Part shown: one piece after another, positions 50,255 to 60,092 of the stretch
Numbering within the stretch: the first letter of the stretch is position 1
Layout of the letters: every line of letters starts with the position of its first letter
Assembly (NCBI GenBank): GCA_047495785.1
Contig: JBLDXI010000015.1
Location: 3,038,001-3,102,000 of the forward strand
Origin: Lepidodermella squamata
Lineage: Eukaryota > Animalia > Gastrotricha
Reading direction: 5' to 3'
Length of the DNA: 64,000 nucleotides
Made by a program: the position numbers and the translations under genes
Notes under the pieces: model-generated
Database searches by the model: none
The model's input: the letters and a program-made list of their open reading frames with translations, nothing else
Told to the model about the DNA's origin: nothing

Positions 50255-51306
50255 ATGTCGCATCTGCATGCAAATTCGCCTCGACATCAGAAAAATAAAC
50301 CTTCGGTTTGAAAATACTTCCGTCATTCATAAGTCATTGCTATTTTCCGCAGAAGCCCAGTCCAGAGAAGCTGAGGGAAGAGGCAATACAAGTAAAAATA
50401 TGAGTATATTTCACTAGGCATTTTACTAGACAGTATTTTTAGGAGCTGTTCACCTGTGTGGAGAATAACGATACAGCCGGAATAGTGCGATTGCTGTCTG
50501 ATGCAGAACTAGCATTGGACGCTAATTGCAAGCATGGAATATCTAGGGAGAAACCGCTGATGTTGCCTGTAGATAAGGAGACACCGTTAACTCTTGCTGC
50601 TATGAAGGGACACGTTGCTGCTATCGAGCTGCTGGCGGGAGAGTTCAAGGCAGATGTGAACGCTAAGAACAGTTTCAAATGGACTCCATTGCAAATGGCT
50701 GCTAAACACGGACAGATCGCGGTGGTAGAACTATTGGCTGGCAAATTTAAAGCTGATGTTGATGTTGGAATAGACAGAGGCTGGACCCCACTACAACTGG
50801 CCGCCGAACGTGGCCATGCTGATGTTGTGGAGCTGCTCGGCGGCAAGTTCGGTGCAACAATCGATGTAGCAGATAGGTACGGCAATACTCCTATCCACAG
50901 CGCCGCAAAGATAGGCTCCGCTAAAATGGTGGAACTGTTAGCTGGAACATTCAAAATCGATGTCAATGTGGAAGATTGTCGAGGCTTTACTCCATTGCAC
51001 GAAGCCGTATCTCGTGGCTCGGTTGAGGTTGTGGACTTACTCGTGGGAAAGTTTGGAGCCGATGTGAATGCTATTGATGTTAGTAGATCTACACCGCTAA
51101 TGTATGCGGCATACTGCTTTAACCCTGATATTGTTGATCTTCTCGTTAACAAATACAAGGCTGATGTTAACTTGAGGGACAACAAGGGAGAAACTGCGCT
51201 GAAAATTGTCAAAAACCGCAGTAGGTATTCAGTCAATATGGATAAGGTACATAGAATAATTGATATTTTGACAAAAGCGCATACGAAGAGAAATAAAGCT
51301 AAATAG
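50255..51306 (+). CDS. Ankyrin-repeat protein (about 6-7 repeats); probable exons 50255-50305, 50353-50391, 50443-51306
   Basis: TPLxxAA...GH..VVELL.GKF.ADVN repeats with a 34-aa period. Two short phase-0 GT-AG introns supply an ATG. Confidence 0.85.
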
Positions 51307-51389
51307 TATGCTTCTTGTCAGTCAAAAACTGGCCAAACTTTATTATATAAAATTTAATGCTGTTTTGCTGTCGTGCTTCGAGGATTTTG

Positions 51390-53316
51390 TCAATTATCCC
51401 ATAACATAAAGGCCGAGAAAACTGATATCAGCAAAATCATGCTGATTGGGCTGATGGTCGATGCCGTTCCCACCTGGCTCTGAGCTCGCTGAATGTCAGC
51501 ACTAGCTAGAGATTTTTCTATGGAAAAATAAAACAATAAACAACCGGTTAAAAATCTCCGAAAGGTGCGTACGCATGGTGCATTTTGTTCCTTCCTTCGG
51601 AGCTTCGGTGAGCTTGAAGCATTCGGATAGATGGTCCTTGATGTTGAAACGATCCGGCCATTCTGTCCCAAGATCGAGGCGGAAGATGGCCGGCGAGTCG
51701 AGGCATTGCCTCATATTGATGAAACCAGTGTTGGTTAAGAAATCATAGCATTGTCTCGAGCATGTGCCAATCGGGTAGGTTTCGCAAAGACACTCCGACT
51801 GGAAGGTTCCAAACTGTTTCGTCTGGTTGAGTTTCTTTTTGAACTCCGCTGTTGAGCAGTTGTTAAAGACGGGCGATCTCAGAGAGCAGGCGTCGATACC
51901 GCCATATTCGATACCATGAATGTCGAAAATAGTTCCATTGACTGGGGGAGTGATATCCAACAGCATGAAACACATTTCTTCGTGGGTTCCTTCACCGTAA
52001 AAGGTCCAAGTATCTCGCCCTGTCGTATTGAAGATGCACTCCATCTCAAAACCATCCCCAGCTTCAATGATCGGGGCGGTTTCAGCTGTCCATTCTGTCT
52101 TAGGCTGGTGGTCGTAGAAATAAGGCACGTCTGCCAGCAAAATTCGTTGCCCGGTCGATTTTTTGTTGAGATAGGCCCTGGCGTAACTTCCAGTTTGATG
52201 CATGTGGAAGTAAGCTGTTCTCAGCGAATACTTCTTGCCCTGCCCGCCGAAGGTCGCGACACTGCACTGGTCTTTGAATGTCTCCGATTTGACTGAGATT
52301 CTCGGAGTTTGCGGCGGCAGTTGCAAAACCATCTGGCCAATCGTTACACTAGCGATTTTGTTTGGTCGTTTGATTTTTTGGTAATACAGGATCAGCCCAG
52401 ATGAGTCCACCTGTCCAGTGATTTTCTTTGGATTCGTGTAGTGGACCTGCATAAGGACTTTGTTGAAGTAGCTCTTGCCGAATGGTACGCCAACGTCATT
52501 GCCGTAGCAAAAGAAGCCGACACCACGGATGAACTGCATGCCGCAAGGCGCGGCGCCCATTCCACACCTGCTGGGTGTCGTGAAACGGCCGTTCGATTCT
52601 GCTAGCCGTTTCACTTCAACTGGCGAAGCACATGCGAGGGCGATAAGGTGATGAATGAATTGGGTATTGTCGTAGAGAGCATTAAACTGAAAAGAGAAAA
52701 CTTTGAATCAGTTTAAGCTTATGTTAGAGATCCTTACCCCAATGATTTCGTAATCATCATCGTCGGGTAGCTGGAATTCCATGCAATCGTAAGCAGTCTC
52801 TGTTAGAGGTACGGAGTAGTTTTTAAACCTCATACTATAAGTCATGACTCCTTCCTCGTTAACAGCTGGGCACCAAGCGTTCGGCTTGCCCTCAGTGTTG
52901 CACTGCTGATTGAGAGCGGCCAGAAAGTCGACCTTCCCCTTACAAACTGGGGCATCAAGGGGTTCGCATACTCCTGGATGAGTGATTGAAGCAGATTCAG
53001 GGTGAGGGTTGCCCGGGACCCAATTGCAGTTAGGATCGCCTAACTCCTGTCCGTTAGTCACTCCATCGCCATCACTGTCCTTAAGGCACAGCTCGCGGGT
53101 CCATTTCTTCCCAGCCCTCGAGAAATCTGCTCCGAAGGTGTTTAAATCGCCAGAACCCGGGGAGTATTGATGCCCAACGCCCGTCCATATCTGCGATCGA
53201 TCACAAGGGTCTGGAACTCGATGGCCGTTAGGAATCGCATCCCTGTAACTTGGCAAACCAACGACTGAGCTGAAAATCGCGGCAAGACTACAAACCGCTG
53301 GTGTTAAAAAATGCAT
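51390..53316 (-). CDS. Temptin-like domain fused to a DBH/MOXD1-like copper type II ascorbate-dependent monooxygenase, GPI-type tail; exons 53316-52738, 52686-~51573, ~51517-51390
   Basis: IPNGHRVPDPC...GVGH...NTFGADF...WTRELCLKDSDGDGVTNGQELGDPNC (temptin-like). Copper ligands IHH, QVHY, HMH and EEMC are all present. Hydrophobic C-terminus. Confidence 0.88.
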
Positions 53317-53924
53317 TTTTCTGCAAGAAAAAACTGAATGTAGGTGTTATCACCAATTGCTCACTTTTTAAATAGCTTTTTCATCGCTCCTTTTAGGCTA
53401 CGGCAAAAAAACTTGCTCAACGTAGGCAGGAACTCGTGGCTCTTTAGCCTATATCCAGGCACGATATTTTCTCGAAAATTGAACCAGCGGGTTTGGACTC
53501 TCATTTGATTATTTTTTGAGCGCTCAAAAGAGCAAAACACTCTTATACTCCTCACAAGTGTGAATGCGACTGGTATTATTAGGTGCCGAGATTTGTCCTC
53601 CTGCTGTAGCATCAAAATGTCTGCGTTTTTGGCAGCTTATTTGTTTTTGAGCTCCATAGTTTTTCAGGGAAGGATTTTTTGAAAAATTAGGTAACAACTC
53701 AGAGAAAGGAGGGCATGAAAATATAATGTATCACGCAATTTTTGAGGGCGTAGCATGAGTAACGCCTAATTGGGATCGATGGCAGCTTATAGTGTTGTCA
53801 CCTGGCATCATATCCAGCCACTTCTATTAAAATTCGAGTCAGTTTTAAAATTAAAAAATTACTATGCGTTTTATTAGCCGTATTATATTTTTAGAAAGCC
53901 AATGATTGAAAGTTTGACCAATTA

Positions 53925-54437
53925 TTATGCTCCGTCATTTTTGAAGGCCGCAGTTTTGTCAATGTATGTAGTAATAATTGCTTTCGGAGGCTGAAAAACA
54001 AAAACAACCACAATAATTAATCATTAAGGCGCTTAATTTTGTTTAAACTTACACTTATCCAAAATTGAGGGCTGGAAAATTTGAAAAAAAATAATTATTT
54101 GAAGGTGTTAATTTCGGTTTCGCTGCTTACTTACCTCATAGTCGAATTTTAGGTTTTGAATGAAGAGATCGATTTCACTGGGCTGTCGCCGCTTTGGCCG
54201 TAAGCCAATCAGATTTATCCGGTTATCAGCTTCGATTATAGCCGCGAGACGATTTTGATCGAAACTCGCATTATTTGCTTGAGCTAAAAACCGAGACTCG
54301 TTCATAATACCTAATAAATTAAATTTTGCAAAAAATCAAGAAAATCTGATATTTTTGAATAATTTACCTGTCCAGCTTGCAGCAAAAGTTGTGAAATTTA
54401 TTGATAATAAATAAATTGTTAATAATCTGTCTATCAT
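53925..54437 (-). CDS. Small (~103 aa) secreted prohormone-like protein; exons 54437-54368, 54310-54135, 53990-53925
   Basis: MIDRLLTIYLLSINFTTFAASWTG...GLRPKRRQPSEIDLFIQNLKFDYE|PPKAIITTYIDKTAAFKNDGA*. Two clean in-frame GT-AG introns. Confidence 0.6.
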
Positions 54438-56282
54438 AGCTGAAAAATGGGGAAATTTGATTAAAAATGAAGCGAATAATTCTCGTCGATTTCGTAAAAT
54501 TTTGACACCACTGTAAATTACAGGGACGGAAGCCGAAATTGAAATATACAAGCCGGAAATGCGTGTAATAAACAAGTATAGGATTTGGTGATATAATATG
54601 TGTTCCAAGTTATCGGACGCGCTGCTTATGAACAAAGAATATACAGCGCGCAACTTGTCAACATTATTAAGGCGACGTGTTTGAGCGCGCGCGAGCAACG
54701 CCTTCGCGTGCTGCGTTTATACACTTTTATACACTCTTCTACCTGTCCGCAATATAATTAACAATATTGCAAGCTATAATATAAGTTCCAACTTGCTACT
54801 GACAGCAGCGCGGAGAGATAGACAGACACAATGCGAGCGGCAAAGGACGTGAACGTGTTGTTAGGGGTTACGACTCGAGACGACAAAATTTACCCTGCAA
54901 AATACGAGGGCAATTATTAGTTTTACGACTACACATGTTACAAACAAGTAGAATATTTTCTTTGTATTATTAAAAACTTGAAATTTTAACGCGCTAGTCC
55001 GCGGTGTTGGCATATAGATGATTACAGCGGAGCTTTGTTATAGCAAAAGGCCAGAGTTCCACTGAACTCGCTATTTTCTGAGAATAATTGAGTGCGTAAA
55101 CAACAACTGACTCTCAAGTCCGCATATAGTCGCAGTGATAAAAATTAAAATTTTCAAGATAATTAATTTGTTTAGGGTGGAGAGTATGGGTATTATATCA
55201 TAGGCAATTTTTTTACTATTTGACCGATGATTATTATTCGTGTGACCTATTACGCTCGGGTGTTAATTGCGTTTCAGATGTAGGCCTGATGATAAAAACT
55301 CATCGCTAAGCCCCATCTCCATAAGTTATGGCGTGCATCATTACACTTTCGTCTACATCTGAAGCTGATGCTCACATTGTTATAAGTAATGGCTGTGTTG
55401 TAATAATTATTTTACGTGTATATTTATCTGATGCTAAGAATTATTGAGGAGGTGTTGACGCCGCTATTTCAGACGCCGCGCTACTCCCGTGGAATTATTT
55501 GCTTAGCTTTTGTGGGCAGGCTTGATGCCGCTGTTGTCGCCGCTTCAAAATCGCTCAGAATTCGGCCGAAAAAAAATTGGGTTACTCTGCAGGATATTTA
55601 GATAAGTGTGGTAATGAATACTTATTACGGCAATAAATAGTGCGCTTTTTTATGTAAAGAAATGAGCATTAAAATGAAATAAAAAGAAGAGCCGCCATGC
55701 AGAAATTAGGAACGTTGTCGCGCAGTTCCATTTTTATGTTATTTTTGCTTAGCGGCTCATCCTCAAAAGTGACTTTTTTGACAGGGACGAATAAATTTTC
55801 GTAAATAGGACATAACTCATTCATTATTTTATTAGTAAACACGGTGTGGAAAAAAATAACACAAGCCCATTTTTTCATTAAAAATTAGCTAGCGGTAAGC
55901 TGGAAGATTTTCGCTGACAAAAGAATTAATTTCGACATCCGCATGAAAAAGTGACAGCGCACTTTTAATAGGACAAATTATTTAAAAAAAATGGTCACTT
56001 GTGTGCGCTAATTATTCGACATTATGTTTCGAACCAGTTGATCGACAGCCAATGCTCGGAATTTCTCCTGTTTTCATGCCTTCAACTTTGCTCTGTAAGC
56101 CCACTCGCGGCGCTACAACGCGTGAAACATCGAAATTAGCTAATTTAATATTATCGCTTGCGAGGTTTAGCCGTTAGTTATTGCTCTAACTCGATTAGCT
56201 ACTAGTGCATCAAACCAACCTATTCTCATCTTAAGAGCTGCGGCAGCTAGGTTATCATTGTTATGATTTATTGATTTGCATA

Positions 56283-58631
56283 ATGCTATCAAAATTGTTT
56301 TTCGCTCTTTCACTCTTGATTCCTATTGCATCAAAGCAGTTCGAGTTGTCGCTTTTAAGCCTAATGCCGTTAACTGGCCAAGAGCCATCGGATGGGAGGG
56401 CCTGTGAAGCTGCCTCCAAGGTCGTGATCGATGCTGTCAACTCGCGAGATGATATTCTACCCGAATACCGGATCTCTTTGCAAGTACGAGACGAAGGCCG
56501 TGGCGCCTTACGAGCACCTAGGAGTCTCATCGAATTCATGAGAGACTTCGAAGACCAGCAAAATACACGGAACAACACTTTCATGGCCCCAGTGATTGTC
56601 GGAACGTCATTAGCCTGTCAGAGTTTTGCTTTCGTAGCTAAGAAGCTTCATTTCACAGAATTCGCCGAAGGATGCACCGGGCCATTTCTGCTTGGCAAGC
56701 GTGACTTGTTCTCAACGTTGTACCGAGTACAAATGCCACTTGAAAATCTCGCTATGGCTGTTACGCTGTTCGCGAAACATGTCGGGAAATGGGGTCAGAT
56801 GGGAATTTTCACCTACTCCCCAAACGCAAATGATTACATGCTTGGTCAGACGATACAGAAAGTTCTCGTAGAAAACGGTGTGTCGGTCGTCTACTACGGC
56901 AGCGAGCCTGATGTGACGCCAGAGATTATTCAAGATATCATTCAAAGCGGGGCGAGGTTCATCGCCTCGGCTCATGGCCAAGTTTGGCTGACCATCAAGT
57001 TTCTATGCCTGGCCTATGAAGCCGGCCTGCGACCGCCTAAATTCGCGATTTTTCCTAATTTCTTCGCGTATTTCGCAGCTGATAGTCCATTGTTGACCTT
57101 CCCACCAGGTTGTAGTCGAGAGGTCATCTTCGAACAGTTGAGAGCTACCTTTTTCGTTGGTAGCTGGGTGCAGGCTGTGAAAAATCATGGAGACACTCCT
57201 CTAGGCTACGACCTTGTCGCTTTTGAAAGAAAAACTCTTGCGAAATTAGGTAACCAGATAGTCCCAGATTATCCGCAGCGGTTCTTGTGCCACGACGCTA
57301 CAATGGCAGCTGTGATGACCCTCGACAAAAGCGAACGTATTCTAACGGCCAAATTTAATAAGACCCTTCGAGATTTTTCGACACATCCCGAACTAGTGGC
57401 GCAAGTTGTCAATGCATCTGCCTCTGCTCTTGATTTCAATGGCCTGAGAATCGGCCGCCTTAAATATTCCGAACGGCTTGAACTTGATGATGAAGAAATG
57501 TGGATTATTCAGTGGTTGAACGGCACCAATCGATATGCCTACAAAGTAACTCGAAGGACTAACGACTATAGAAGTGTGCTGAATTCTAGCACCTATGACC
57601 TAGTTACAGTAGAAGGAGCGAAATGGTTCACAAAACAAGGGTTCCCGCCTAAAGATCTATCCTACATCCGACATGAAGTTGTGGTATTCCCGATTGCTGA
57701 TGCGGCAGTTGTTATTTCTATGTCAGCCTTTATATCGATCATTCAAGGTCTAGTTTTCATCGGAACCTTCTCTAAGGACCAGCAGTCACTCATGCTCAAT
57801 CATCGGGCTTTTAATCTTTCCTTGTTCTTTTGTTGCTTCATCCTGAATCTCGCAGCTGCTGTTCTGATGTCTGAAAAGGCGTTTTACGAGGAATCTCTGT
57901 GCAAAATCCGACCTTTATTTTGTGCAATGGGACTGACAGGATGTGACGCGTTGATAGTTGCAAAGCTTTACTCACTGCGGAGCTTGTCCCGTTGGGTGCA
58001 AACCCGTTTCCTCGGCCGTAGAAGTAGAACAGAATTCGCCGAGATCACAGCTGGGGCCGTCGCTACAGACGCTTGGGAAGATAACATGAAATCTACTACA
58101 TTTCAGACGAAATTGTCCAAAAATGCAAAGCTGCTGAGTTCAATGACTGCATCGTCACTTATTGCAGCTCTGATAACGAGCGTTACGTGGGTTTCGTCAG
58201 ACAGTTTCACTGTAAGATATCAAATTTCACAGCCCATCTATGACGAGATGTCTGACTCGTATTTCGACATCAAAAGCTCGTATTGCTCATCTGAAAGATG
58301 GACAGCATGGCTAGCTGGATTTTTAGCGGCAAATTTTGTTTTATTAGTCGTTGTATGCTTAACAGGGTGGCTGCTGCTGAGGAGCCTAGGCTTGCCATCG
58401 TTTGTCAATCACCAGTCGAGACTGTTGAGCTGGGTCTCGTTCAACTCGATTGCAATATTTTGCATCTTCTCATTGCTGACCTATGTCTTGGCCTCGCAGA
58501 ATGAGAATCGTCAATGTTTGGCTGCGGCTGTTGGCATGTTGGTGTTTTCGTCTTCGGTGATTGCAATTGCTCACTTTCCCGTCTGGACCAGTCGATGGCC
58601 GTTAAAATCGGAGGGAAAAATAACAAAGTGA
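56283..58631 (+). CDS. Intronless class C GPCR (Venus flytrap + 7TM), GABA-B-receptor-like and divergent
   Basis: Signal peptide, LMPLTG...AVNSRDDILPEY, LFSTLYR, CHDA, PPKD leading directly into TM1 (no cysteine-rich domain), LCKIR...IVAK and CSS. Confidence 0.85.
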   Translation: MLSKLFFALSLLIPIASKQFELSLLSLMPLTGQEPSDGRACEAASKVVIDAVNSRDDILPEYRISLQVRDEGRGALRAPRSLIEFMRDFEDQQNTRNNTFMAPVIVGTSLACQSFAFVAKKLHFTEFAEGCTGPFLLGKRDLFSTLYRVQMPLENLAMAVTLFAKHVGKWGQMGIFTYSPNANDYMLGQTIQKVLVENGVSVVYYGSEPDVTPEIIQDIIQSGARFIASAHGQVWLTIKFLCLAYEAGLRPPKFAIFPNFFAYFAADSPLLTFPPGCSREVIFEQLRATFFVGSWVQAVKNHGDTPLGYDLVAFERKTLAKLGNQIVPDYPQRFLCHDATMAAVMTLDKSERILTAKFNKTLRDFSTHPELVAQVVNASASALDFNGLRIGRLKYSERLELDDEEMWIIQWLNGTNRYAYKVTRRTNDYRSVLNSSTYDLVTVEGAKWFTKQGFPPKDLSYIRHEVVVFPIADAAVVISMSAFISIIQGLVFIGTFSKDQQSLMLNHRAFNLSLFFCCFILNLAAAVLMSEKAFYEESLCKIRPLFCAMGLTGCDALIVAKLYSLRSLSRWVQTRFLGRRSRTEFAEITAGAVATDAWEDNMKSTTFQTKLSKNAKLLSSMTASSLIAALITSVTWVSSDSFTVRYQISQPIYDEMSDSYFDIKSSYCSSERWTAWLAGFLAANFVLLVVVCLTGWLLLRSLGLPSFVNHQSRLLSWVSFNSIAIFCIFSLLTYVLASQNENRQCLAAAVGMLVFSSSVIAIAHFPVWTSRWPLKSEGKITK

Positions 58632-60092
58632 AAGTTTGATTTCGAATTTTCCCAGGCTTGGAAAATTAAACAAAAATTCAGAAATATTAACTAAGAATAT
58701 TTTGTCAAGGCACTTTGTTCATCTTTATTTTAGCTTCGAATCTGAGATTGTGCTATTAAAACATCGGACATTTAATAGAGCAAATTGAAGTCAAAAGGTC
58801 ACGCTTTTGATTAGTTGCCGCCTCAGGCTCGCTTTCGGCAAAATTGATGATGATAATGTCAGACATTTCGTCTTCGCCACAGTCTTCGGCAGACTCGTCA
58901 AGGATTCGATTTGTTCGAACAGTGACGTAGACGTAATCATTAAAATCGATCTTCGACATTTGGCTATTTGACAATTAGTTCATGAACAGAGTGCACACTC
59001 TCAAGTTGAAGAGACAACATTCATGCCTGGGTTGATTTTTTGTTCTCCACGTCAGCAGAGCCTATACCTAAACATACGTCATTTTTCTGGCTATTTTCTG
59101 ACCGACCTTTCACTTTCGCGAAATTCCTCAGCCGCCCACCAAATCTGCTGGAATGCGCTTATAATATATTCAACTTGGGGTTTTTATTTACCTTTTAGTA
59201 AATTTGATGTACGAGCCATCTACGTAACTTTTAGTAGGCAAAAGCTTAGCCTTGAAATAAACACGCAATTAAGCCTATTTGTTTTTATTAAAGCATCAAG
59301 CTCTTAGAGAACTTTTAGTATATGAGAGAAAGGGCGTGATTATCACATGATTATGATATTATTGCTGGAGGGTTATGAATGAAACGTACTTTGCCCCCTT
59401 GGGGCTTGGGCTTAAATCAGGAATTTGCGCAACGATTCATTTCGATTGCTTTGATCAGGATATATCAATCAACCTTAAACAGTCTGAAATCTCAATCCGA
59501 ACCTTTTTAACATGGGTATTAATTATTACTAATTAAGCGGTGTAACCGGTCGTTTCTTCAGTAATATTTATTAATTTAGTCAACTATATGTATAGGGTTG
59601 AAATGTGATGAATAAATATATACATATTTTTGAATGTTTTTGGAAAATATTTAAATTTTACACGATTTTTCCCCAAATAAAAAATTAAAATTAAAATTGA
59701 AAACTGTGTCGTTAATTACGTACTCGTGGTCGTCCCACTTGTGTGTTAGTAGGCTACTGCTTCAAAGCTGGAAATCATGGGTCCGGTGCCTGGAGAGCTC
59801 TTCATTCACAAATTCTTTGCTCTCCCTTGATAGATCGCCATCTGACCATATATACTTGGTCCATCATGCAACATAATTGGGAGTTTTATACAGCGTCCTA
59901 CTGTCAGGCGAGCTGCCGTATATACTCGAGCCGTAAAGATATACGGTGTGAAAAACAATGAAAAGCAACCAAATAAAACAACTGAGTGCACGTTCCGCGT
60001 TTGGTCACGGCCCAGTGGCATCCGCAGCCGGCTTAGTTCTGCAGCTGGACGTTACACGAAAAACAGCTCGCACCGAGCATTTTAACTGGAAA

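Noticed and set aside
50439-51236. 265-aa antisense ORF, and similar antisense ORFs over the poly-Q, sushi and LINE regions
   Set aside because: These are shadow frames of real repetitive coding sequence on the opposite strand.
58756-58960. Short acidic ORF convergent with the GPCR
   Set aside because: No motif, signal peptide or splice support; cannot be called without expression data.
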